This document shows, piece after piece, positions 1 through 19,676 of a stretch of DNA of 64,000 nt (positions are counted from its first letter, which is position 1; the number at the start of each line of letters is the position of its first letter). The notes beneath the pieces were generated by a model. That model made no database searches. It saw only the letters and a list, made by a program, of their open reading frames with translations, and was not told the origin of the DNA. The translations under genes and the position numbers were made by a program. Location: NCBI RefSeq assembly GCF_009914755.1, contig NC_060943.1. One strand, 5' to 3'. The stretch comes from the human T2T-CHM13v2.0 reference genome, Homo sapiens.

Positions 1-133
1 TGTTATATAATATTTTAAATATTTTAGTATATTATTTTAATGTGATTAATATAATTTAATATAATAATTAATATTATATATTATATAATTTTTCTTTTTT
101 TAAGTGCTTGATTTTCAGTATTATCTCATTTAA

Positions 134-262
<129 letters not shown>

Positions 263-833
263 TGAGTAACTGGGACTACAGGCACCTGCCACCATGCCCA
301 GCTAATTTTTGTATTTTTAGTAGAGACGGGGTTTCACCATATTGACCAGGCTGGCCTCAAACTCCTGACCTTGTGATCTGCCCGTCTCGACTTCCCAAAG
401 TGCTGGGATTACAGGCGTGAGCCACTGTGCCCGGCCTTCATTTAATGTTCTTAACAATCCTACCCCGGGTGCTGTGGCTCACGCCTGTAATCCTAGTGCT
501 TTGGGAGACCAAGGCGGGAGGATCACAAGGTCAGGAGATTGAGACCATCCTGGCTAACACAGTGAAACCCCATTTCTACTAAAAATACAAAAAAGGTAGC
601 TGGGCGTGATGGTGGGTGCCCATAGTCCCAGCTACTCAGGAGGCTGAGGCAGGAGAATGGCATGAACCCAGGAGACGGAGCTTGCAGCGAGCCAAAATTG
701 CACCACTGCACTCCAGCCTGGGTGACAGAGAAAGACTCTGTCTAAAAAAAAAAGAAAAAATCCTAAGCGCCAGGAACTATTGTTATCCCTTTTCTTTTTC
801 TTTTTTTTCTTTTTCTTTTCTTTTTTTTTTTGA

Positions 834-1127
<294 letters not shown>

Positions 1128-1546
1128 TGAGACAGGGTCTTGCTCTGTTGCCCAAGCTGGAGTGCAGTGGCGCAATCATAGTTCAATGCAGCCTTGCTTG
1201 ATCTCCTGAGCTCATGCGATCCTATCTCCTGCTAGTAATCACTAGCAAGGAAACTAAAGCCCAGAGAAGTTAAGGAACTTACCATAGGTCACACAGTTAG
1301 GAAGTGATAGAGACAGGCAAGGAACACCACCTCTATGATGCCTCAGTTTCCTCACCTGTAAGGTGGTGAAAATGATAATGGTACTGCCCTCTCAAGCCTG
1401 TTGTGAAGAGTTAGTGAGCTGACACGATGTTTCCATAAAAAGATAAATTGTGGGCTGGGCACGGTGGCTCATGCCTGTAATCCCAGCACTTTAGGAAGCC
1501 AAGGCAGGCGGATCACGAGGTCAGGAGATCAAGACCATCCTGGTTA

Positions 1547-1885
<339 letters not shown>

Positions 1886-2350
1886 TCAAGACTAGCCTGG
1901 CCAAAATGGTGAAACCCCGTCTCTACTAAAAATACAAAAATTAGCCTGGTGTGGTGGCACGCGCCTGTAATCTCAGCTACTCAGGAGACTGAGGCAGGAG
2001 AATAGCTTGAACCCAGAAAACGGAGGTTGCAGTGAGCCGAGATTGCACCACTGCACTCCAGCCTGGGCGACAGGGTGAGACTCCCTCTCAAAAAAAAAAA
2101 AAAAATCACTGTGGTGTCTGAAAGTAATCAACTTTTTCAATTTCCAATATTTGGAGAAGAGAGGCTCAGTCAGTGCTAATATGTTCTATGTCTCTTAACA
2201 CTTAATGACTTTGACAAAAAAGAAAAGAAAAGCCCTTCATTAGGCAACAATATTCTGTTAGAATTTAGTAACATGATTTGTTTACATTGTATTTATTTTT
2301 TGATAAGCTTGTATTCATGGTAAGCCAAATCTACTTTCCATTCACGGTAG

Positions 2351-2827
<477 letters not shown>

Positions 2828-3289
2828 TGATCCACCCACCTCGGCCTCCCAAAGTGCTGGGACTACAGGCGTGAGCCACCGCGCCCAGCCCCAGAATTTT
2901 CTTTTTAAAATAATATTTTGGCCCAGTGCAGTGGCTTACACCTCTAATTCCACCGCTGCACTCTAACCTGGGCAAAAAGAGGGAAACCCTGTCTCAAAAA
3001 AAAATAGTTAATTAAATAAAATAAAAATAAAATAATAAAATAAATATGTATTTTTTAAGAGATGGAGTCTTGCTCCGTTTCCTAGGCTGGAGGGCAGTGG
3101 TAAAATCCTAGCTCACAGCAATGTCAATTTCCTGGGCTCAAGCAATCTTCTCACCTTCGCCTCCCAAGTTGCTGGGAGTACAGGTATGAGCTACTGTGCC
3201 CTGGCCAAAATAAATGTAAGTGTTACAATTGTGGTTGTGTTTGCACAGATCTATACATGTGATATTATTGCATAGATTTGCTCCCATTT

Positions 3290-3670
<381 letters not shown>

Positions 3671-3792
3671 TAGAGACAGGTTCTCACTATGTCTCCCAGA
3701 CTGCTCTCTAATTCCCGAGCTCAAGCGATCCTTCCACCTCAGCCTCCCAAAGTGCTAGAATTACATGTGTGAGCCACCGCACCTGGCCTTAA

Positions 3793-3918
<126 letters not shown>

Positions 3919-4134
3919 TAGCTGGGATTACAGGCGCCCACCACCACGTCGGGCTAATTTTTACATTTTTAGTAGAGATGGGGTTTCAGCATGTTAGCCA
4001 GGCTGGTTTGGAACTCCTGACCTCAGGTGATCCGCCTGCCTCAGCCTCCCAAAGTGCTGAGATTACAGGCATGAGCCACCGCACCCAGCCTAAAAATCTC
4101 TTTTTATAAAGGGATTGATTTAGATTTTTAATTA

Positions 4135-4560
4135 ATACATGAATGGATAAACACAATGTGTGTGGTTCATCCATACCGTGGAATATTATTCAGCCCTGAA
4201 AAAGGAAGGAAATTCTGATACAGGCAACAACGTGGATGGACTTTGAGGACATCAAGCTGGGTGAAATAAGCCAGACATAAAAGGACAAATCCTGTGTGAT
4301 CCCACTCCTAGGAGGTCCCCAAAGTCCTCAGAGTCACAGAGACAGGAAGTAGAACGGGGGGTATGAGGGGCTGGGGAGGGGGATAGGGAGTGAGTGTTTC
4401 TTGGGGACAGAGTTTCAGTTTGGAAAGATGAGAAAGTTCTGGAGGGGATGGTGGTGATGGCTGCATAGACATGCGAATGTGCTTAATGCCGCTGAACTAT
4501 GCATTTGATGATTAAAATGATCAGTTTCGTGTTATGTATCTTTTACCACAATTTTACAAA
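4135..4560 (+). mobile_element. Old L1 (L1MB-type) 3' end
   Basis: Motifs atgaatggataaac, ggaatattattcagcc, gggacagagtttcagtttgg...gatgagaaagttctggag, ttttaccacaat. Confidence 0.8.
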
Positions 4561-4567
4561 GTAATGA

Positions 4568-4759
<192 letters not shown>

Positions 4760-4980
4760 TAGTAGAGACGGGGTTTCACCGTGTTAGCCAGGATGGTCTT
4801 GATCTCCTGACCTCATGATCCGCCCGCCTCAGCCTCCTAAAGTGCTGGGATTACAGGCGTGAGCCACCACGCCTGGCCTGATTTAGGTTTTTAAAAGAGG
4901 GGTTTGGGGCTGGGCGTGGTGGCTCACACATGTAATCCCAGCATTTTGGGAGACTGAGGCAGGTGGATCACTTGAGGTCA

Positions 4981-5280
<300 letters not shown>

Positions 5281-5749
5281 CTAAAGCTTGACCTGACTCT
5301 GTATAGCACCCCTCCACAAACATACACCATTTAGCTACAGCCCTAGCCCCCAAATCCGCTTCCCAGGTGGACCAGGAGGGCAAACAGACACCACCACTGC
5401 CACCCCAGCTCCCCAGTAGCGACCCTGACTCCTTCCCCATGGAGTAATTTTGAAACAGTCTCTGCTCTGTGTGTGGGTGGAGCAGATGGTCTCTGAGGCC
5501 CCTTTCTGCTCATAGCTGGAACAGGACCCAGCTGCTGAGATCCTGAATCTTGGCGAGGGTTTAATAGCAGGCAGTAAGGTAGTGACTGGCACCCACGCCC
5601 AGCCCAGACCGGAGAACTTGAGTGATCATGGTGCTGACTAGGGAGGACAGAGCAGCCAGGAAGGTGGGTGGGAGCCGGGGGAGAGCTCTTCCCCCGCTAG
5701 GGGGAGAGAAGGGGCTAGAGAGAGGGTGACAAACAGAGGCGTGTGAGCT

Positions 5750-5995
5750 CTCAGCGGTTATTGTAACAAATGCCACCAATGTAATGGCTTAGAACAGCAC
5801 ACACTTATCATCTTACCTTTCTACAGGTCAGGACTCTGAAATGAGTCTTATAGGCTAAAGGTGTCATCACAGCTGTGTTCCTGGTGGAGGCTCCAGGAGA
5901 GACCTCGTTTCCTGCCCCGTCCAGTGTCTAGAGGCAACCCATGTCCTGTTCTCCACCTTCACAGCCACAGTGCAGCCTCTTCCAGTCTCTCTCTG
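5750..5995 (-). mobile_element. MaLR LTR (MLT1) fragment
   Basis: tgtaacaaatgccaccaa...tggcttagaacagcacacacttatcatctta...gttcctggtggaggctccaggagaga. Confidence 0.65.
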
Positions 5996-6565
5996 ACTTT
6001 GTTCTTTTCTTTTGAGACGGAGTCTTGCTCTGTTGCCCAGGCTGGAGTGCACTGGCGCGATCTCGGCTCACTGTAACCTCCACCTCCAGGGTTCAAGCAA
6101 TTCTTGTGGCAGGAGAATCGCTTGAACCCAGGAGGTGGAGGTTGCAGTGAGCCAAGATTTCGCCACTGCAAACCAGCCTGGGCAACAGAGCGAGACTCCA
6201 TCTCAAAAAAAACAACAACAAAAAACCAGTCTAGGCAACATAGGGGACCCTGTTTCTACAAAACATTAAAAAGTTAGCCAGTGGGGGTACACACGTGTGG
6301 TCTTAACTTCTCAGGAAGCTGAGATGGGAAGATTGCTTGAGCCTAAAGGTCGAAGTTGCAGTGAGCTATGTGTGCACCACTGCACTCCAACCTGGGCCAC
6401 AGAGCAAGACCTTGTCTCAAAAAAAAAAAAAAGAAAAAAAAAGAAAAAGAAAAAGAAAAAAGGAACTATACCCATCTTAGCATTGGGCTTTTTTTTGTTT
6501 TCTTTTGTTTTGTTTTGTTTTGTTTTTCTTTTTGTTTTGAGATGGAGTCTTGCTCTGTCACCTAG

Positions 6566-6703
<138 letters not shown>

Positions 6704-7450
6704 TAGTAGAGACGCGGGTTTCACCAGGTTGGCCAGGCTGGTCTTGAACTCCTGACCTCATAATCTGCCTGCCTTGGCCTCCCAAAGTGCTAGGATTACA
6801 GGCGTGAGCCACTGCACCCAGCAGTGTTGGTTTTAATACTTGCTTTCTATTTATTTAGTAGCTTTCCATGTAGTGGAGCAATATAAAATTTCCTTTTGAA
6901 GTAAAGATATGCATTAATATTTGGAAAGTGTTTTTGGAAAATGAACTTGTTTAAAGACAGTGTTTAAGTCAATAATGGTTACCGTACAGATGGGGAAAAT
7001 TTTAGTCTAACAATGCCCAAAGTCACAAAGGACATTATTGGGTAATTGGTGAAATTTGCACATGGAATATAAAGTAGATAATAGTATTGTGTCCATATTT
7101 ATTTTCTGAAGTAGATAAATGAATTCTGGTTGTGTAAGAGAGTATCCTAGTTCTTTTTTTTTTTTTTTTTTTTAAGATGGAGTTTCACTCTGTTGCCCAG
7201 GCTGGAGTGCAGTGGCTTGATCTTGGCTCACTGCAATTTCTGTTTGAGTTCGAGACCAGCCTGGGCAACATAGGCAGACTGTGTCTCTAAAAAAAAATAA
7301 TAATAATCCATTTTAAAAACAAACTATTTCAGACCGGGAGTGGTGGCTCACACCTGTAATCCCAGCACTTTGGGAGGCTGAGGCGGGCGGATCACGAGGT
7401 CAGGAGATTGAGACCATCCTGGCTAACATGGTGAAACCCCGTCTCTACTA

Positions 7451-7651
<201 letters not shown>

Positions 7652-7690
7652 CTATTTCAAGATAAAAAGTTGTGGGTTTGTTTGTTTTGA

Positions 7691-7849
<159 letters not shown>

Positions 7850-8089
7850 TAGTAGAGACAGGGTTTCTCCATGTTGGTCAGGCTGGTCTCGAACTCCCGA
7901 CCTCAGGTGATCCGCCCACCTTGGCCTCCCAAAGTGCTGGGATTACAGGCGTGAGTCACCGCACCCAGCCAAAAGTTTTTTCTTTAACTTGCCGATTCCG
8001 AGTACTGGTGAGGATGGGAAGTGGGGGAGTGGTGGAAATATGAAGAGGCCAACCACTTTGGAAAATAATTTGACATTACCTGAAGCATT

Positions 8090-8650
8090 ACTGGGTACAG
8101 TAGTTCAACTGTTAGAACAAGACAATTCCACAAATATCAGTGTCCTAAAAGTTTACATCTCACATAAGCAAAGAGTATGGAGGGTGAAGCTGTCCCAGAA
8201 GGCTCAGGCAAGTGGGAATTTAGCAATCCAGGCCCCTTCCTTCCTTCTCATGATGCCTCCATCCCAGCATGTGGCCTCCATCCCAACACGTGACCTCCAT
8301 CTCAACATGTGGCCTCCACTCCCAATATGTGGCCTCCACTTTCAACATGTGGCCTCCATACCCATCAAGTGGCATCCATCTCAACGTGGGGCCTCCACTC
8401 ACAAAATGTGGGCTTCCTCCCAACTTGTGGCTCTAAATCCCAAAATGTGCCCTTTGCTCCCAACATGTGGCCTCCATACCCATCATGTGGCCCCCACCTC
8501 AACATGTGGCCTCCACTAACAAAATGTGGGCTTCCTCCCAACTTGTGGCTCTCAATCCCAACATGGCTTTGGTGTACCTCTATTGGTCAGAACTAGTCAC
8601 ATGACCTCCACTAGATGAAAGGGTTGCTGGGAAATGTAATCTGTAGCACA
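8090..8650. mobile_element. Old MLT1 LTR containing an internal minisatellite
   Basis: 3' flank ttggtcagaactagtcacatgacc...gctgggaaatgtaatct is an MLT1J/K/L-like motif. Confidence 0.5.
8255..8570. repeat. ~19-22-bp minisatellite, ~15 degenerate copies of (cccaacatgtggcctccac)
   Basis: Repeated core AACATGTGGCCTCCA directly visible. Confidence 0.9.
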
Positions 8651-9029
8651 GCAGCCACTTCCTGGTATCCACTTTACCCTGTGGGAAGGGAGCCTGAATC
8701 TTTAAACCACAACAGGCTGCCTCCATCACATTCAGTAAAGGTGCAAATGAACATGTCCTACAACCAGCAACTCATCTCCTGGATTTATGTCCCCCTGAGA
8801 AACTCCCACAAATGGACCCAGGATTCTGGTACAAGATTATTCAGAGCAGCCCTGCCTGCAATAGCAAAACCATGGAACTATTCACAAACATCCCTGAGTT
8901 AAAGACTTGATAAGTAGGCCGGGCATGGCAGCTCATGCCTGTAATCCCAGGAGCTCAAGACAGGTGGATCACCTGATGTCAGGAGTTCGAGACCAGCCTA
9001 GTCAACATAGTAAAACCCTGTCTCTACTA

Positions 9030-9188
<159 letters not shown>

Positions 9189-9215
9189 TTAGCCAGGCAT
9201 GGTGGGGCACCTTTA

Positions 9216-9359
<144 letters not shown>

Positions 9360-9573
9360 TTATTAAATAAAGACTCGTTAAGTAAATAGTGGATTCTCCT
9401 GCCTCAGCCTCCCTAGTAGCTCGGACTACAGGCACCCACAACCATACCTGGCTAATTTATTGTATTTTTAGTAGAGACAAGGTTTCACCATGTTGGCCAG
9501 GCTGGTCCTGAACTCCTGACCTCAAGTGATCCGCCTGCCTCAGCCTCCTAAAGTGCTGGGATTACAAGCGTGA

Positions 9574-9979
<406 letters not shown>

Positions 9980-10189
9980 TGATCTCCTGGCTGGTCAAGG
10001 CTGGTCTCAAACTCCTGACCTCAGGTGATCCACTGGCCTCTGCCACCCAAAGTGCTGGGATTACAGGCGTGAGCCACCGTGCCCGGCCTCCGTGTGTTGT
10101 TTGTAAATGAAGTTATGTGGATAAATTTTTATTGGCACACGGTCACACCCATTTGTTTGTAAGTTGTCTATGGCTACTTTTATGCTATA

Positions 10190-10695
<506 letters not shown>

Positions 10696-10968
10696 TGATC
10701 CACCTGCCTTGGCCTCCCAAAGTGCTGGGATGACAGGCATGAGCCACCATGCCTGGCATCATCCAGCTAATTTTATTATAATAATAATAATTATTATTAT
10801 TATTGGAAATGGGGTCTCCCTATATTGCCCAGGCTGCTTTCAAACACCCAGGCTCAAGTGATCCTCCCACCTCAGCCTCCCAAGCTGCTGGGATTCCAGG
10901 CGTGAGCCACTGTGCCTGACCATCACATCATCTTCCAAGGTGGGTTAATTCCATGACTTACTAGAAGA

Positions 10969-11158
10969 AGGGTTGCCAGATAAAATACAGGACACCCAGT
11001 TAAATCAGAATTTCAGATTAACGATGGATAAGTTTTTGGCATAAATATGTTCCAAATATTGCATATGATCGGATTATCCTAAAAATTATTCTTCATGTAT
11101 CTGAAATTCAAATTTAAATGAGCCTCCTGTATTTTTATGTGCTAAATCTGGAGACTCT
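10969..11158. mobile_element. MER53 palindromic DNA transposon (MITE)
   Basis: agggttgccagataaaatacaggacacccagttaaat...gaatttcaga ... tctgaaattcaaatttaa...cctgtattttt...aaatctgg; internally inverted. Confidence 0.8.
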
Positions 11159-11995
11159 AATCTGGAAGTATCTCTTCAACTGAGCCTGTCTCATTCCTTC
11201 CTCCAAAAAAAAGTTCGAGAAAAGTTTTCATTAAGTGGCATTATGTCATTTCTACTGCCTCCTCTACCTAAATCCAATAACCTCAAATGGGTATTCTAAG
11301 GTTATTGGTTATTAACCTTTTATTTCACTCATTCTTTTCTCCTCCTCCTCCTCCTCCCCCTCCTCTTCCTCCTCCTTCTTCTTCTCCTTCTTCTTCTTCT
11401 TTTTTTTCTTTTCTTTTTTTTTTTTTTTGAGACAGGGTCTTGCTCTGTCACCCAGGCTGGAGTGCAGTGCTGCAATCATAGCTCACTGCAGCCTCAATCT
11501 CCTGGCTGGAGCAATCATCACACCTTGGCCTCCCAAAATGCTAGGATAATCCTGGGGCCTCTCTCCTTGGCTTCTAGATGGCTGTCCACCAGCCATCTAC
11601 ATCTGGTGGTCAGCCACCACCCCCAGCCGCTGTTTTCCATCAGTCCATTCTAAGGTTCAAAGGTTTAAAATCTGTCCATCTAGCTCAGAACTCAGATGTA
11701 TTTTCTTCAACATCACAGCGGAGATTACTCTGGTCCAGCGGGGAGGAGGTTCTCTGCCCACCCCCTTCTTTCCTTCCTTCTTGAAGGCTGAGACCGAGGA
11801 GGGAAAAAAGGAAAGATAAAGAGGGATCTTACTGTTATGGCTTGAATTGTATTCTCTAAAAAGATGTGTTGCAGACAGGGCATGGTGACTCACATCTATA
11901 ATCTCCGCACTTTGGGAGGCCAAGGAGGGAGTATCGCTTGAGGTCAGGAGTTTGAGACCACCCTGGCCAACACCACGAGTCCCTGTCTCTACAAA

Positions 11996-12026
<31 letters not shown>

Positions 12027-12047
12027 TAAAATAATAATAAAAGATAA

Positions 12048-12431
<384 letters not shown>

Positions 12432-12442
12432 TAATGGAGTTA

Positions 12443-13494
<1,052 letters not shown>

Positions 13495-13756
13495 CTAGTT
13501 AACTAAATTATGGGTTTTGATATCGACATGGAATGCTCCACAGGCATTAAAAAAAAAGATGACAAAAGCTCTGAGTCACCATTTGGATTCTCCAGAACAG
13601 ATCCTGAGAAATAATTTGGGGTGTGAGATTTTTATTGGGAATTCACAGTTGTCAAAGAAAGAAGCACGGCAGGCTGGGCATGGTGGCTCAAGCCTGTAAT
13701 CCCAGCACTTTGGGAGGCCGAGGCGGGTGGATCATGAGATCAGGAGTTTGAGACTA

Positions 13757-14440
<684 letters not shown>

Positions 14441-14836
14441 AGACAGAACTGGGCAAAGGGAGAAGTTAAAGTGGTATTGAGCATGGACAAAGCCTTGGCT
14501 AATCGGCGAGGGACTCTGGAGCCAGTGAGCCCCATCAGAGCATCCCACATGAAGTCAGAATACCCAGGCCTTTATTCCTCTGCCTCACCCAGTCACTGGC
14601 TGTGGGCTGCCCTGGGACAGATGAGACTCTGAGGGAGGTGGCTCTCTGCACCTGAAGGTGATCCTAAACATGGAAGCTGGAGGTTTCTGCTCACCATACA
14701 TCCCTTGGCTGGGCAGTAAGTCCCTTCTTAAAAGGGGATCTGGGGGCTGGGCATGGTGGTTGGCGCCTGTAATCCCAATACTTTGGGAAGCCGAGATGGA
14801 ACAATCACTTGACCCCAGGAGTTCAAGACCAGCTCA

Positions 14837-15141
<305 letters not shown>

Positions 15142-15221
15142 TCACAAGGTCAAGAGATCGAGACCATCCTGGCCAACATGGTGAAACCCCGTCTCAACTA
15201 AAAATATAAAAAATTAGCTGG

Positions 15222-15726
<505 letters not shown>

Positions 15727-15999
15727 TCAGTAAATATCAATGGAATAAATAAACAAATTTCCTGGCTCCTCGGCAGCCAGGTGTGGCCATGTGAGCAGAT
15801 CTGAGCCAATAGAGAATTTGTGTGTCAGAATCACCCTACCAACTCTGGATGCCAACCTCCAGACTGTGACTGGGAGAGAAAGTCATGTCTATCTTGTCAG
15901 TCATTGGTATTTCTCTCCCTCACAGTCATACCTAACTATATAATTAAACCAGTGAAGGCACTCAATAAATATGAGTTATAGGCCGGGTGTGGTGGCTCA

Positions 16000-17022
<1,023 letters not shown>

Positions 17023-17029
17023 CTAACGT

Positions 17030-17500
17030 GGCCATGAGAGACTATCTCCAGAGACAGCCGCCATCACTTTCCATCCTGTTATGCCCCTGCCACTCCTCCG
17101 CCGAGTCTATTTCATCTCCTCTTCCCCTTGAATTTGGGTTGGGCTATGTGACTTGCTCTGACCAATGGAATGTGGCAGAAGAGCTACCATGTGACTTCCA
17201 AGCCAAGCATTTAAGAAGACAAGTAGCTTTTGCTAACTCTCTCTGAAGTCAGTTGCCATATGGGGAATAAAGACCACCATACCATGAGGGAGCCCAAACA
17301 GCCATGTGGAGAGAGAGATGACTCACTGGGGCTCCAGATATGTGAGTGGAGAATGTTCCACTTGTGGATATTCCAGCCCCAGAAAATCCTAGCTGAGCCC
17401 AGTGCAGATTCTCAAATTATGAGAAATGATAAGCTGTGGTTGTTTCAAACTCCTAAGTTTAGGGGCGGTTTGTTACACAGCACTAACTAACTGAAACACA
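17030..17500 (+). mobile_element. MaLR LTR (old MLT1) element
   Basis: ccccttgaatttgggttgggctatgtgacttgctctgaccaatggaatgtggcagaag...ttgtttcaaactcctaagttt...gtttgttacacagcactaactaactgaaaca. Confidence 0.65.
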
Positions 17501-18431
17501 GGTGTATGAACAACTCTGCCATAAGCTACTTTGGGGTCAAATCTTAGTGCACAGGTGCACACCTTTGATCATTTCCTAAAAACAAATAACTGGAAGTGGG
17601 TTCTGTGAATTTGAAATTTGGTGTCAACTTTGTTCCCAGAGAAGCTGTAGCAATGTCCATGAGCCATTCATTGGTGCATCCAGCATTTCATCCACAGCCT
17701 CTTCAGCACTGAGAGTTTCCTTTTCTTTTCCTAATTTTCAATTTCTATCATTTCAATAGGCCCATTTGCATTCATTCCAGAGAAGGTAACAGTGATGACA
17801 GCTTCTCTCTGATCATGGAGTGATAACCAAAAACCAGTAGGGCAGGTTGATTTGGAGCCAAGAGCCAAAATACTCATTCATTCAGAACTTACTGAGCAAG
17901 GTTTGGAGGAATGAAAACAACACATTAAATATTTATGGAGTCCTGGTGTGGTGGCTCACATCTGTAATCCCAGCACCAAGAGGCCGAGGCAGGTGTGAGG
18001 ATCATTTGAGGCCATGAGTTCAACACCAGCTTGGACAACATAAGAGAAATTCTGTCTCTATAAAAACAGAAACAAAAATTAGCTGGGCGTGGTGGCTTGC
18101 GCCTATAGTCTCAGCTGCTTGGCAAGCTAAGGTGGGAGGATTGCTTGAACCCAGGAGGTCAAGGCTGCAGTGAGCCATGTTCACACCACTGTACTCTAGT
18201 CTGAGTGACAAGGCAAGACTCTACTTCAAAAAAAAAAGGAGACAAACTCACCTTCAACTCTTTCCCTCTGTTGACATCTCAGCGCTTTGGGAGGCCAAGG
18301 TAAGAGGGTTGCTTGACTCCAGGAATTTGAAACCAGCCTGGACAGCATAGTGAGACTCTGCCTCTACAAAATAAAAATAAATAAATAAAGTTGTTTTTCT
18401 TCTATTTCAGATCACTATCCACTTTAATTTA

Positions 18432-18698
<267 letters not shown>

Positions 18699-19129
18699 CT
18701 AGGCAACAAGAGCGAAACCCCATCTCATAAAATAAAATAAATACAATAAAATAATAAAATAAAATAAAATAAATAAAATAAAATAAAACAGTGGTTCTCA
18801 GGCCAGCTGTGATGGCTCACACCTGTAATCTCAGCACTTTGGGAGGCCGAGGTGGGCAAATCACCTGAGGTCAGGAGTTTGAGACCAGCCTGGCCAACAC
18901 GGTGGAACCCCATCTCTACTAAAAATACAAAAATTAGCCAGGCATGGTGGTTCATGCCTGTAGTCCCAGCTACTCAGGAGTTTGAGGCAGGAGAATCACT
19001 TGAACCCAGGAGGTGGAGGCTGCAGTGAGCCAAGATCACACCACTGCACCCCAGCCTGGACAACAGAGCAAGAGACCATCTCAAAAATAAAATAAAATAA
19101 AATAAAATAAATAAGTAAATAAATAAATA

Positions 19130-19375
19130 AATAGTGATTCTCAGCTGGGAGCGACTCTGCCCCCTGGAGGATACTTGGCAATGTCTGAGATACTTTTTAC
19201 TGTTAGGGGGGCATTTTTTTTAATTGATGGGGGTAGGGGTGGGGGTGCTCCTGTTATCGAGTGGGTGGAGGCCAGAGATGCTGCTCAGCACCCTACAGTG
19301 GCCTGGGTGGCCTTTTGTACTTTCAAAGAATTCTCCAACTCAGATTTTCAATCGTGCCAAAGTTGAAAAACCCTA
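19130..19375 (+). mobile_element. MER20 (hAT) DNA transposon
   Basis: agtgattctcagctggga...ttggcaatgtctgaga...gagtgggtggaggccagagatgctgct...gccaaagttgaaaaaccct. Confidence 0.75.
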
Positions 19376-19676
19376 CTTTAAGTGAAATGCAATAGAACAG
19401 GATCAAATAGAATAGAAAATATCAAAGGACATTGCTCAAATAATAAGTTTCATTTTATAAGACTTTTGTATTTTTGTGTACTCAGACACTATGTAAGATA
19501 TGTTTCTCCTTGTGAGCCCTAATCAAAAAGGTTTAATGGGCTGAGTGCAGTGGCTCACGCCTGTAATCCCAGCACTTTGGGAGGCCAAGGCAGGAGGATT
19601 GCTCAAGCTCAGGAATTTGAGACCAGCCTCAGCAACATATCGATACCTTGTCTCTACAACAAAAACTTTAAAAACA

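Noticed and set aside
8255-8570. CRISPR-like appearance of regularly spaced repeats
   Set aside because: Human DNA; units are contiguous without unique spacers, and there are no cas genes.
7989-8596. 176-aa and 95-aa ORFs with repeated NMWPP/QHVAS
   Set aside because: By-products of the minisatellite; near-cognate or weak starts and no recognisable homology.
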